Shown: positions 14,058-28,548 of the stretch, piece after piece
How positions within the stretch are numbered: the first letter of the stretch is position 1
How the letters are laid out: each line of letters begins with the position of its first letter
From: Chrysomallon squamiferum
Taxonomy: Eukaryota > Animalia > Mollusca
Assembly: GCA_012295275.1 (NCBI GenBank)
Contig: CM022671.1
Coordinates: 1,116,001-1,180,000, forward strand
Direction: 5' to 3'
Length of the DNA: 64,000 nt
Program-made: the position numbers and the translations under genes
Notes under the pieces: generated by a model
The model's database searches: none
Told to the model about the DNA's origin: nothing
Seen by the model: only the letters and a program-made list of their open reading frames with translations

Positions 14058-15282
14058 TTTCTAAATAAATCTTTAAATAAAGTATTATTTAATATTTCTT
14101 ATCTTCTGGAAAATTCTATGAGCTACATTAAAGACCATTCAAAATACCTGAATCATTTGACAGATTAGCATTCTTACATTAATCCATTATCTTACAACAT
14201 CCTACATAATTAATTAAGTGTCAGACATAACCTAAACAAATTAATAACACATCACTAAAATATTCAGTGATTAATAATTCCAAATATAAAACAAAAGACA
14301 CTAAATAATTAAGTGTCAAATTCTGTTGAAATGATAAACATGCCATTAACATGTTGGATGACTAACAAAATGCACAAATGTAAGACAGTGTATGTCCAGC
14401 AACCTCTCATTACTTGAGTGTGTGACTGTCAGACCAGGGGGGAAGTGAAGTAATTATTAACTAGAAAGCTGCACAGATTGGCCACTGCAGTGATACCAGC
14501 AGACATCAGGAAAACTACTTGCTTCAATTTCCGGCAACTTCTACAACAATCTTAAACTGTTATTTCTTTTTGATTAAGCATTAATATTCATAACACACCC
14601 ATGACTTGTTATTCCAAATTTTTTTTTTACTTTTATTTATATACTTATTTATTATTATCATTATTATTATTTATTTATTTTCATTTAACTAGCTTACAGA
14701 TTTTTTATTGCTGGAAAAAAAATATCAAAAAAAAAAAAAAAATCAAAAAAAAAAAAAAAAAAAAAAAATCCAGATTATTTTAAGTCATAAAGAATAGTTT
14801 AATTAAATACAAACTAGAAGAAAAAAAAGAATAGTTAAAACAAATTATAACATTTGTATTAAAACTGATTTTGCCCTTAAAAAAATAAAAATAAGAATTA
14901 AATGAACTGCAAATATTAATAAATAACTTCATATACTCAGAAACATTTCACTGAAGACCCATCACAGTAAAACATGAAAATGTGTTATTTTTAGAATAAA
15001 GCATTATGTAATATCATAAAAATATCTAACACGAACAATGGAAACATTACCACTAAAACAATGACGGATGATAAATCATGCACATCAACATACCTAATAC
15101 TGCGTCATTTCTTTTACAGCTTCCTTTAATGTATCTAAATTCAAGCATTATCAAGTATACCAGTATAATTCCTGAAGTTTATCTCCAATGGTTTTAAGTA
15201 CATTATCAACTGATAGTTATTCACTTAAAAATATCCTGCTACAAAACTATATACTGCATAATCAATACGAAATATAGCTTAC

Positions 15283-15321
15283 CTTTTTCTCCATTCTTGT
15301 AATCGACCTAAGGATAAACAT
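15283..15321 (-). CDS. Candidate small exon: first exon MFILRSITRMEKK, or 25-nt internal exon 15283-15307
   Basis: Strong AAG|GTAAGC donor; internal acceptor tgtttatccttag; CpG-containing patch at 15030-15340. Confidence 0.35.
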
Positions 15322-18300
15322 TACCCTGCTTTACATCCCGTTACATTATGTAGAATAAAAGAAAACTACACACTTAGTAAGCAATACAGTCTTATACTCT
15401 TCTCTCTGCATGTACAATAACTAAGGTGTCTGTCCAGCTAAATAAACAACACTTTTTCAGGAGGATTTGCCTAATCCCAATCCATCACTTGAGTGAAAGG
15501 GACAATGATGAATGTTGCACACCTTACTGTGTGTTTGAGCTAACATGAAACTGGTGTGAAAACTAGCATCATTTACATAAAACATTGTTCAAATGTACTT
15601 ACTGGATTGAAAGGAACAAGGGAATTGAATGGAAGATGGTTAAGTAATGTTTCTACAAAGACATTAAACTTTGCATTCTGACCACTTTAATACTGTGTAA
15701 TCTTGATATTAAATTATGCAATATATATTAAATATAATGCAATTAAATAAATATCTTTTCACCCAAACCATTAATGATATTTTTTTTTTGCTTTCATTAA
15801 TGTTTTAATTCCCTATATATATTAATGGTAAAATCAATAATTTAGAATCAGAAAACTGTGCCATGTATTTCAGTCATTTTTATGGCAAAGTACTTATTAA
15901 AATAAAAGCTGTGGTTTTGCCATGTAATGTTGCAATTCTGCTGTGTAACATTTAAGTGATCTATTAACAGTTTTACTACATAAATATTGTAATGACATCA
16001 ATTTATGCAAGATTAAAGCTTTATATTTCTGATGCAATATTGCTGTTATTTTGAAGTAAGATATTAAATGAGTGTTTTGTGGGTTTTTATACTAGCTTAG
16101 TGTCAGCCTGATAATGATATATATGGATTAAAGAACATAAATGCTAAGCTTGATAATAATGGAAACATATAATAATTATCTGTCACGAGTGATAAAAAAA
16201 AATGTTGTTTGTTTCACAGACATTTTATCAGATAGTGAAATGAGAAAGAAAAAACTATTTTATTCATCTATTGTTTCATGATACTTTTAATGTTGTTTTT
16301 ACTCTTATAACCAAACCATTAAGTTGATACTGAAACTGGATGGGTGTTTTTTTATTATATATACATAGTATTTTTCCTTTTCTTCAGAAAGACACTGTAA
16401 TAGTTGAATAAGTTTCTTACATCTGTGAGTTTTCTTGTTTGAATGAGCGAGCCTCAGGTACTAGCTGCGCGTGTTAATCTATCAACGTATATATTCATTT
16501 GTTACTGTTCTGACTGAACTGGCAGGCATGACATTGACTATGATGAATTAATATAAACTCTTATTAAATTACAATTTCCTTATTTTACAGAAAATATAGT
16601 TTACAATGATACACATCTTGTTTTATCCAGTACAATAAATTCTTCTAAAATTTCAGTAAGATAACTATTCTTTATAAACCATCATTCCAAATTCTAATAT
16701 ACTGTTAGTATACTGCACTTGAAATTACTAAAATCATTTTAACAGTTTTATCCTGCATACAGAAATTCTCAATCAAAAATAAGTATTAAAATGTTTGTTA
16801 TGTAAAATGAATATGAAAAAAACAAATGATAGGAAGAAGAAAAAAACAGCAACTGAATACATTTATAAATTGTTAGTGAATATAAAGAGATAAATTATTC
16901 TAAAATACTTTAAATTAAAAATGGTGAACGTATCAGAAATGGATGTATTCTAATCACAATTTTTAGCTGGAAACTATTTTTTCCCATTCCATCAATATTT
17001 TCATTCAGAAAGTTTTTACATACCTTTGTTTTAGTTATTTTAAACAAATTTTCCACATCTGTAACTAACCAAACAGTCAAACATACTAGTTTCTGAGGAA
17101 ACCTTTTCAATCCAGATTATAGATCAAGTGTTTTTAGCAAACACTGTAAGTATCATGAATTTCTGAAACAACAAGTCACTCCTTAGTCATCAGGCCTGTG
17201 TCAATTCTGGGAATGTCCAGCAGGTTCAGATAATGGTCAAAACAATCTATCTGTCAGTCACACATCAAAGATAATTTGCCACAAAATAGTTAACACAGGT
17301 AAACACAGGAAGATCAAAGACTCTGGAGTAACAACACAGTTTTAATTATATCTAAGTGGACAGAAATAAAGAATGCTTACAATGATAATTGGATAAAACT
17401 GGGTATAAAAGGACAGCAATGATAAAAGAATTATGAAGCATAAAGGACTGAAAACAGACTGGCTTCAAAGGAAACGTAATAATCACGGGATTGCGACTAA
17501 TACATAAACTTAGAAATTTTTATTAAAAATTACGAGGATGAAGTAAGCATGCTAAATGGAGTATTGCCTGACAAAACAGGAAACACACTGTCACAGTTAG
17601 GTGCAGAACCTCTCAAGATTAACACCTTAATTAAACATGAAAGGTTAGTGTCAGTTAACATCACAGGTAAATTAAAAACTGAGGTTATCAAACATTACCA
17701 GGTGCATTTAGACAATGACCACAAAATGTCCATTTTAAATCTTGCAATTTCAAGTGATTCAAATGGTAATATTATATTTATTATACCATCTCAGTTCAAA
17801 AGCATAAGTAAAATAAAATCCCCCCCCAAAAAAGTTATTCCTCAGAGAAATTGAAATTTATGTATTCATAATAGAAATTATATTTTAAAGTATATATTAA
17901 ACAACAGACAGAGTAAAATGTAATCTGACATACATACACATGAATAAATATTTATTTTTAACAAACTATGATTCTGTAATGAAATGATTGTGCAGACAAC
18001 CAGGTTCTTGGAATAAATATTTGTTTTAATAAATAATAAATGTTTAACTGATCTAAATGATTAATCTGAACATGTTCTGTTTAATTTCACACAAAACTGC
18101 TAGAAGAGAATTCACTAGGGAAAATAATAAAATTGTGGAGGGATCAAAGGTTCACAAAATCATGTTAAACACCTAGTAATTATATCTAGAAAATTAATTG
18201 CTATAATTTTAAAAATGTTAAATAGTTAAAATAGCTGTTACTTTTTTTTTTAATATCCTAAACTTGATTTCTTTATTATCAAGTATCTTAAAAAGAAATA

Positions 18301-18571
18301 AAATTACTGAAAAATTCAGTTATGATGGAAAAACAAACAGTATTTGAAACTTTTAAAGCTTCTCGGTTAAATGCTACACATTTATGTTATGAACTTATCA
18401 CAGAAAAGTGAAGAATTTAAATAAAGTCAACCATCTGACCCCATGTTAAATTAACTAGCTAACTGTGTAATTCAGTGCTGTGACATTCATTTCAAATAAT
18501 TTTGTTTTTCAATGCTTTGAAAATAAAAACTGAATTAAATATTTGTATTATTAAAACAGTTATCTACTAAC

Positions 18572-18600
18572 CTGTGTCTTCTTACTGTATTTGCCTTCAT
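18572..18600 (-). CDS. Candidate alternative first exon (MKANTVRRH+AG)
   Basis: CAG|GTTAGT donor, phase 2; CpG cluster ~300-500 bp upstream (18900-19110). Confidence 0.35.
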
Positions 18601-20731
18601 TAATGTTAAACTGACAAAACACACATCCAGGTGTAATAATTCAGCACTTCTGTCAACTAAATCCAAGATCAGATGTCACAGCTTTTAAATAAATTTTTAC
18701 ATTGTCACAACAAGTTTGCTGAAACAGGGATAACATGAAACCACAAAGTCATGCATCACCAGTGTACAATCATCACCACCAGATACTTGATCCATTTAAA
18801 ACCAAACAACTCATGAAATTCCTGATGACAATTTATCTACCAGATACATTCTGTATCACTTACACTTCATTCTTAACCTGCTCTGAGTTGTTGACTATTC
18901 ATTCGATGATGGCTGGTAAGAAATAAACAATAATAACGGGCAGATGATGAAGCCAGCGGTCTGGTCTCGACTGCTGCTGAAACACTGCTATGCCCAGTGG
19001 TGGGTTTGACTAACTGAATGGAGCTAATTTCAAGCTTCAACTGACAGGTTCTTTTAACTGATCATAACAGGTGTTATGCAATGTGGAATAATTAGCTCAT
19101 ATACAACGGCAGGACCAACCACACACATTTTGTAATAGGACACTCAAAAATTATTTTCAAAATAATCTTTATGGGAATTCTAGGATATTGAACATTCTTG
19201 GAACATTTATTCTAAAAAAACTAAACATGCTTTTTACTGGGATAGATGGATGAATGGAAGGATGGAAAGATAAATGAATAAATCAGTGAAATGTAGGATA
19301 TTTAAAAAACCCAAATGATCCAATTAAAGAAATCACTCATACTCAATTTGTTTCTTAACAGAATGAGAACTATTACTCTTTCTTATCATTTTGCTTTATT
19401 TACTGATCATTGATAATTTATAATTATTACTTCTTATTTCAAGTTAATTTAAAATGTTTAACTTACCTTCTTTGGATATAAGAGTTAAATAAAGATGACT
19501 AAAGGCTTATTATGTGTGATTATGTGTCATATTTATAAGCATGATGCTGTAAATAAAACACACATGACTGAACTATGAACTACAAATGGGACCCAGCCTA
19601 CATTAATTGTATTTACTATGATAGGAACAATTAAATATTAAATTTGGATAACAATAGCATGAGGTCACATTCCAGAAATGTTTATTTGCTGCTTGTAATC
19701 ATGTAGAAGACCACCCACTGTGCATGATGACTTGGAAAATAAAAACAATTATCTAATATAACTAATATTAGCTGTTTTTTTAATATGCAGTTATATGTAA
19801 TTAAATCTTATTTACAAATATAGATATCTTATTAGCTGTAAATTAAATATTTTAAATTTTAAAATTGATTTTGTGGCTTTAGGTTAGAGTGTTCATGTTC
19901 ATGAATTAAGCAAAAACTCTGATACAGAACATTAAAACAATTAACACTATATCATATATATGATAAATAAAAAATGATATTACTGATAATAGTTTATATT
20001 TCAACACAATGATGAAATGTTCTTTATATTTTTAGCTTTATTGGTAGTTTAAAACTTTAAAAAAGTAAAAATTAAGATTGAATACAATTTTAGAATACAA
20101 TAGGTAATAAATTAAATGTTTTGAATAGTTTATACTTAAAAACTTATTATGCATGAATAACTGAAATAAATACATGAAATTGGCACTGACAGTTGCATTT
20201 TGTAGGCATTTAAGGTGAGGGAAATTTTACACTTTTTTTTAACTATACCCCACATATTTTTAATTGATGGTAACATTATATATCACCATTCAGATAAATG
20301 TACTGTCATGATCTATTCTTTTTTTAATTAGGAGGAAGAAATGTTTTAAGTGTATCTTCTCAATGACAGGGACAAGTGTTCAGGAACTAGCTGGGTGGCC
20401 CAGAACTATACTGATTAAATATTTCAAAAAATATTTTGTGACAAAAGATTTGAAATGGGAAATTATTCAAATTTTAAATAAATATTTAACAATTTACCTT
20501 TACTGGTGTGTCCTCTTTCAGGTGAAGACAACACTTCCTTGCCCTCTGTGTGAATAATGCTGTGTAAAATATGGTGTAACTTGACAGTGCACACAAATTT
20601 AAAGGATCAGTTTTGGTGAAATACTAATTGAAAAGTGTCAAGTGCATGGGGTTTCTCACAACAAGCTGTGACTGACATGTGAAAGAAGTGGCACATCCAC
20701 TACAGGGAACTAATCAATTAAACAACCAGGT

Positions 20732-20812
20732 AAAATAATTACACAACACAACAATGTTTCAGATATTACACAACACAACAACAGTGTTTTAAAATACTAC
20801 ACAACAATGTTT
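20732..20812 (+). repeat. Short tandem repeat, about 3 copies of a ~28-bp unit
   Basis: Repeated TACACAACACAACAATGTTT variants. Confidence 0.7.
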
Positions 20813-22196
20813 GAATTCTTTCAACATGATTCAGTTATTTAAATTAATGAAAGTGAGTTACAGAGCTGATCCAGGAAATCAGAAATGGAAAGGAACATTA
20901 CTACTGGTGATGGCTTTATTTTCAAGATGGAAAAGATAACCAAAAACTAACAACCCAAAAAATATTTAAAAAAACAAAAAAAACACCAACCCATTAAATA
21001 AGAAAAATAAAGTGAATGTGCAGGTTTTAGAGCCCTATTACATTTTCCAATGAATTAATTTTTTAAGTATAAATAAATAAAATATTCTGTAATTTAATTT
21101 ATCATAACTTTAATTTTTACACTCTTTCAATTTTCTATTTCAGTTTTATTATAAGTTTAATCAACAAGTTTTTAAATTATTCCTAATATTTAGGTTTGTT
21201 TTATTAATTTATTTACTGAAGTAATTTGATACATTACTTGCTTGTTGGTGTTTTCATTTTCTTTTCTTTAATTATATTATACTATATTTTATACCTGTAC
21301 ATTCCATTAAAATGAACAAGAATGACCAACAACAACAATATTCCTTACTTCAGTTTGATATATCTCAAATTAGTTGAATCTCTGGGATGATATTCAAGTG
21401 AATATTAAGTTTTAAATAATTAGTTAAAAAGAAATATTTAATTGTCATATATCCTATATCTTCCCAATTAACTCTGGACAGAAGCCAGTACAATATGTGA
21501 CCCCATTACTTAAAACAGTGATTGTACACACTATAACAGTGAGATCGAATGTCGTTCAAAGACTGAGTTTTCATAAAGTTATCGATTTGTTTATTGTATC
21601 ACTATCGTTCTAATGACAAATTCCACCAAGAATGAATAATGCTGTATTTGAGTCTTTTAATACTGAACTAGAACCCCACTTAACTCCATTTGGTTACTTA
21701 TAGCTTTTGAATCTTTCTGAACAATGTTATATTTAAAGTATAAAATGTAAACACCAATGTCCAGGAGATAGTATTTTGTTTGTGATAAAATCACTATCTA
21801 CTCATGCATAAAATGATAATAGCCCAGATTCCAGAACCATTTTTAAAAATTACATTATGAATATAAAGTATTCCAAGCATGGAAGATCTACCTTTCTCTT
21901 TTCACTGTTTTTGATGATACTGTTAATATCATATACAAAACCTATCATTAATCCCATCCTCGGTAGACATTACACAATAAATTTAAAAAAAACATTTACT
22001 ATTTGTGGGTACTGTCTTGACAAGAACAAAGTGCGAGGCTGTCAGAAATGACAAACAATAGCATCATTAAAGCAAGCTTTCCTCTCAGACACAGACAAAG
22101 TAGGTGAGGTTTGCATCCCCGCAGAGTTAACTGTAGGTCTCTAAAAGTGACTTAGTCAGGCTCTAGTGAAGACCGTATTAAAACTGGTAAACATAC

Positions 22197-22234
22197 CTGG
22201 CAAACATGCTGTAACTGAGGCAAAACGAAGCCAT
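22197..22234 (-). CDS. Candidate alternative first exon (MASFCLSYSMFA+AG)
   Basis: ATCATGG Kozak context, CAG|GTATGT donor, phase 2; inside a CpG-retaining patch (21540-22460). Confidence 0.45.
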
Positions 22235-22939
22235 GATCTGTGTTTTTTATCTCGTGTTGTTTTCACAGATGTTACATGAGATCCATGTAGGAATGGGGAG
22301 ACAAAGAAAGTGATCACAAAAGAAATACGATGAAACGCAGCAGTCTGCTTTGTTCATTTTGCTCACAGAAATCAATGCAGTAGTAACTCGGAAAACTAAC
22401 ACAGTCCCATCCAGTGGTTAGCAAAGCTGTCCTTAAGATGTGTTAAAAACTGATGTAACGGTGCATTTATTCTTAATAAAATTACTACAGTATCATATAA
22501 AAATTCAGATAATAATAAATAAACAAGATTTAAAAATTCAAAATTAAAGGTTACATGTTGTCTAATATAATTTACATAATTAAATTACAACCAATTAACT
22601 TTAAAGTTTCATTTAACATTATAATCAGTGATGATGAGTAAGTAGCATTTGTTGTAATATTTTCTGTAATACAGTAGAAATAAAAATAACATTCAAATTT
22701 CTTTCAGAAATATTTGGTGATACTTCACTTTCACTCTGAAGAGAGATAGCTGTCAGACATAAAATTTATTAATACAAATTATAAGGTTAATAAAACAAAA
22801 TAAAAATTTCTGCATATCATGTCAACATAAATTTATTCATCACAAATCTGAATTTAAAAAAATGTTGCTGCTATAGATAGAACCTTTCTCTTTTGGTACT
22901 GGAACTTTCATGTAAAAATACTTTGTAATTTCAAATGTA

Positions 22940-23638
22940 GGACAATTGCTTGCCGGAACAATACCTCACTGGTCAGTACCTCACTGGACAAATGTTCATC
23001 AATAAAGTGAGAAACAGGCAACTGCTCACCTTTAGGCTTTTTATTAATAATTTTATTTATTATTTCATTAATTAAAAACAACAACATAAAACAGAATTTC
23101 TAAAGGCACAAAGCTGTGTTAATTACACAATTCACTTAATTAAAATGTTTGAGGTTTCTGACATTGTTTGATTGAGTGTTTCAAGGTGTTAAATACTAAT
23201 TGCAGCATAACATTTTTGGTTTCAATAGATCATTCTTTTAGAATAATGTGTATTTTTATTTATTAGTTAATTTTTATCATTAAATATTTCTGAAAGAGAT
23301 TTAAGGCTTTGCCCATCAAAACTTTAATTTTTTTTTTGCTAATACAGCTGGTTTAGAATTAATTATGTTATTTATTTTATTTATTTATTTATTGTGAATT
23401 ATCACTCCCATCCAACCATTTATACACACATACCATAAACAAAAATAAAAGTTTATTGATAAAAAAAAAAATAATAATAAAAAATAAAAAAAAATCAGCG
23501 ACTGTAATGAGCAGTTGTCCTATTTCTCACTACTGGTGAGTAACTGTCCAGTGAGCAACTGTCTGGTGAGGAACTGTCTGGTGAGGAACTGTCCTGGTGA
23601 GCAACTGTCCTGTGAGCAATTGTCCAGTGAGCAATTCC
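22940..23638. mobile_element. Foldback/MITE-like element with modular inverted termini
   Basis: Left arm (22940-23030) has ~15-bp GGACAATTGCTCAC-like units plus AGTGAGAAA. Right arm (23508-23638) has the reverse complement TTTCTCACT and about seven GTGAG(C/G)AACTGTC(C/T) units. AT-rich core. Confidence 0.75.
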
Positions 23639-26600
23639 AAAATATAAAATTCTAAATATTTCTTTTTTGTTTTATCTATTGCTGTAATGTTATATCTATT
23701 TGTGAAATGAACAACAATATTGAGGTTTTGAAATATTATTTTACACTGCTTAACAAGAATTAGGATTATATATCTTTAGTTATTAAGAATGATAAGGACA
23801 TATCTAATGGTGTGTCAAAATAAATAGAAGGATATTTTAAGTACAGACAAGTTACATTCATGGCTGAAGAACCTCTTTATAACTATCAAATAAAACAGAT
23901 TCAGTTACTTGCTGTATGAGATATTCATATTTTCATGGTAGCCTTATAATAAATATTAATCTGGGTCTTTTCTTTATGTTCTTTTCCTAAATGTTTATAT
24001 ATTTATTTTTATTTGATTTTCAATTGTTGTTTTTTGTTTATTCTTTAAATATATTAACTATTTTCATTTTTACATACATACATATACACATTTTATTGGA
24101 CAGGAACAAAAGTTTGTAGTGCTTAGACCAATTCATTATGCAGAAAGATGTGAAATTCTGGGATATATCGAATCATGAATCAAAGATAGAAAAAGTCTGT
24201 GGAACATAGTTGAATAAATATCATAATTACACTAAAGAAAGCCACAAACTTTTATATTTATAAACTGTTTTGTAGTGGAAAATAGTGTTTGAAATTAACA
24301 TTGTTTCCCTTATTAAACAGTTTGTATATTAGTATTTTATCTATTTCAAACAATTTTGATCTCAATGTAAATTTAACATTATAAATGACTGTTGAAATTA
24401 ATAATGCTTTCAATGATTTATTAACATTTTTGGCTCATGATGGTCATAATGATGACCTATTAAGCTGAACAATAACGTTATTAATGGTACAGTAATTACA
24501 AACAATATTACTTATCAAAATGTGATCAGCAAAATCAACCAGCCAGTTATAAGTTTGTACAAAATGAGCACAGATTTGATTGATCTTTGGTTCATACAGA
24601 CTGACGTCAAGTGCAGACCAAGTTGTATAATCTGTGCTCATCTTAACAAAAATCTTGTGGGATTGTGGGTTGTATGCCTTGTAATGAATGTTGTGCTGCC
24701 TTGAGCCAAACTGAAGAGACTTTGCAGAACTTCACATAGCAGTACATGATTTAAGTCTGGCTAACTAATTACTATCATCATAAAGTGCTGTGATTACACG
24801 TCTGTGATCTGTAAAGTATGAACATTTCTTACACTGATACATCATCCAAACAAGAAAAATGCTATATGTTAAAAACTATGATTGAAAATTAAAAATGAAT
24901 CTAGATCCATGATAAATATATTTCTTTTAAAATGTAGTTACAAACTGCACTTTTTTTTAATATATATTTTAAATGCTTATTTTACAACCTATTCTATAAA
25001 TAAATGAAATATACTTTAAACATAATATCAGTTTTAATGTAAAACAGAAAATGTTTTATATGTAAACTCCTACCTATAATGAAAACAATAATAATAACAC
25101 AAATTTGATAAATCTATCAAAAATTTAAAGTAGAAATTACACTAAAATATGCATATTTAATCTTAATATTTTTTTTAAGTAATTCTAAACAGCAGTCCTT
25201 CAGATATTACATACTAATTAAATACTTTTAATGTCTGAGGTGCAGTATTTTATAAAATACTGTTTCTTATTTTGTTACTTAATCCACACCTTTACATTAA
25301 ATGAAAACAACAATCAAAGCTGACAAAAGCGAGATTATGAAAACTTTTGACCAAAATACCTCGATTAGCTAAATGAGCTCAGAAAGACTTCCAACTGTCT
25401 GTCTGTCTGTCTGTCAGACTGATCTGGATGATCAGTCTTCACTTCACTATCTACATAATCAGTGTCATGTTTTTCCTGACAGTATTTCTGAAATGACATC
25501 AAGGGACAGAAGTGACGCAGGGACATCAGTACCCAAGCCCTGACTTAATATGAATAAGCAAACAATGAATGTGCTGGACAGACATGCTTTAGCTTTGGAG
25601 TTCACTGCTGTCAAGCTTGTGGCTTAAATAAGCTAGAAGAAGATAACAGGTACTCATGATAACAAAATGTTATTTCCTTGTGTTGGATTCATACACACAG
25701 AAGTGTTTAATACTTTCAGATTTCTAATGAAAACAATAAATAAATAAATAAATAAATAAATAAATGAAAGTAAAAATATTTTTTTTTGTATGTATCAAAC
25801 ACTGTTTTAACCTGCTCTGTTGACTTTAATTATTATTATTATTTTTATTTTTATTATTGTTGTTGCTGGTTGTTTTAACTGGATATTTTTAATGTCCTTT
25901 CTTTATTCTGTATTTGTGTTTTACAACTTTTCATTATAGGTAGGAGTTTACATATAAAACATTAAATAGTACATTTAAAATAAAATAAAATAAAATAGTA
26001 CACTTTTTCTTATGATTGTTTTATTTAGCAGCAATATTTTACTATTTACTAATAATAAACCAATATAACAAAACAGTTTTACACCTAGAAAAAAATAATA
26101 ATACAAATATACAAACAACAACAAAATAAATACCTCAGATAATCAGATAAATAATTCCAGAATTGCTATGCCATACATATTTCTATGCACAAAACACTTG
26201 AAGGCACACAAAATTTATATTTTTATATTATTTCTTTAAAACACTACTTTAAATGATTACTTATTTTTATTTTTTTAAATATTTTATTTTATTTACAAAA
26301 TCAACAGAGAAAGTAATTGTGAAAAGTGAGATTAAAGGTCACATATGTTGAATATGAAACTTTATTTTTTTTTTAATCTGAAAGAGGCCATCTGACTGAG
26401 TGCAAGAGCATGTCTGAAAAAGCTGATGTCTTCAGAAGCCTATCAGGCTTCAACACTATTTAGAAGTTGTCAGAAGAGCAGGGATTTGCCAACAACATGA
26501 TAGTATCTGCAGGTTAATGCCTGCAAGGTTTTCTGTCAAGGTCAACACTCTTCAAAGAGACCTTCTGGTCATCACAAGCATTCTGTCAAAAATGAAAGGA

Positions 26601-26738
26601 GCCAGAGCAATGCTTCATGTTTTAAATGTCTGATATCTCTTCCTTTAAACAACCCATATCTCCAAGAACAAGCAGCTGCTTTCAAGTAATCAGTAAAAGA
26701 GTTTTACATATAAAACAAGTAAACAGAGACAATGATAC

Positions 26739-26773
<35 letters not shown>

Positions 26774-28485
26774 CAGATCAAACAAAAATAATAATACATT
26801 TTTGTGAAGATAGTTAAATATTATTTCTCATAATGATTTTGCCTAAATAACATTTTTTTTTTTGTTATCTTTTATTTACACTTCATTTTATATCTGCTTT
26901 TGCATGTGTCTTGTTTATCTTTATTTTGAAATAATAATAATAATAATGAAAAGATTAAATCTTTGCATTTTTAAAACAAAAATTGAAGATATAGTTCTTT
27001 AAGTACAACCTGTCAATATTTCATCACATTTGCATTAACTGTCATCTTATTATCTTTCTACATCCATATCAGCTTCTTCAAATGTGCTGACAGGTAAAAG
27101 ATGAAGCTCATTGTTTCAGAAATATAATACAATATGGCAAGAACATTTCATCACACTTAAATGAATTCTGAAGACAGGTTCTGAAAAATATTTGAAGTCT
27201 GGATCACTGTATTTTGTCTTCAGATACTAACAGAGATTTGCTTCATTTTAATAAAATACAAAATATTAACAACAGATAAATGAAAAAAAATAGTTTTATT
27301 TGATACTACTTCACACTGTAAACTGGAATACAGAAGTGAAATACAAAGGTGTTTCTATATCAACAAACATTTATATTAAAGATAATAAAGCCATACATAT
27401 CAATCCATTTAATGTTTATTTTATTTTATTTGTAAGCTTATTATACTTTTTTTTTTTTTTTGAAGCATACAAAATGTATTTAGGCTGCTTATTTGCACTT
27501 ATACTATTTGATGCAACAACAAAAAAATCAAATGTTACTCTGTTCTGCAACAAAAAAGTTATCAGTGTTATACAGAAATAACAAACCAAAGAAAACAAAA
27601 TGCCTATATACCAGATGAAGTTGCAAGATAGTATGGCATCTAAAAGATGATGAAAAATATTTACCATTAACGACACCAAATGTTGTAAAAAATAAACATA
27701 ATCTTGAAATATATACAACTTTTAAAATACTGAAACTGAAATTTATAGAAAGAATAAACTCTTCTTTATGTTAAAATCTTCAGCAAGATCAGTGAAGTGT
27801 ATTTTAAACAAAACAAAAAAGCAAAAAGAAATTTCTGTTTTATGTAGGATCTGTGCGAAGTGCACACACATCTTTGATGAACTCACCTAACAACATGTGT
27901 TGTGTCAGAGAAAGTCCTCTGTCCACTTACTGGTGAACTTGAACCTGGGTACCAGATCAGCTGTTTCAGACTTGAAAGTAACTGCCAACAAGACATAATG
28001 TATCCACATGTCACTGTAAACAGTGTCAGAATTTACAGATAATCCACTTCCAAAATCACCTGTACACACTCCACTCAAAACATCCACAGTGTTGAAGCAT
28101 TTTCAACATCAAAGTGAGCTTTAAATATTACTTAAAATTATCTCAAAAATTAATTACTTTAGTTTATGATTAGGCAAAAATTTAGAGATAAGCCAGCTTT
28201 TTTCTTATTCCCAGTTTATATGGACTAAACTTGCCAAATAACTGTAAAGTTTATTTCAGAATCTGACCATCTGATAAGCATAACCAACGTACATGTTGTC
28301 AAATTTCAAAATATGTAATAGATGCATATAAGCTATCCTGATCCAAATGGTATAATGTCATATATTACAAATGTCACAGTGAATCACCTCATAATGTAAA
28401 GACACAGATCCTTTCCAGGACAGCATAACTGGAGGCTTCTTATAAATTAGATGAACTTGTGTAATATGTGAAAATCACTGAACCG

Positions 28486-28548
28486 TTTTGACACTGCATA
28501 TACTAATGTATAGCTCAGACACAGATATTAGTGTATGTTCTGTTAAAG
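28486..28548 (+). ncRNA. Pre-miRNA-like hairpin (candidate)
   Basis: 63 nt; 8-bp and 14-bp stems, a 2x2 internal loop and a 15-nt terminal loop. Five G:U pairs and no A:C mismatches on the + strand. Confidence 0.3.

Noticed and set aside
17549-17854. 101-aa plus-strand ORF (likewise 31701-32006, 41379-41681, 52856-53248)
   Set aside because: No recognisable domain, AT-driven composition, no supporting splice structure.
20498-20545. 48-nt possible cassette exon on the minus strand
   Set aside because: Weak polypyrimidine tract, and a stop codon in the phase-2 frame set by exon 1.
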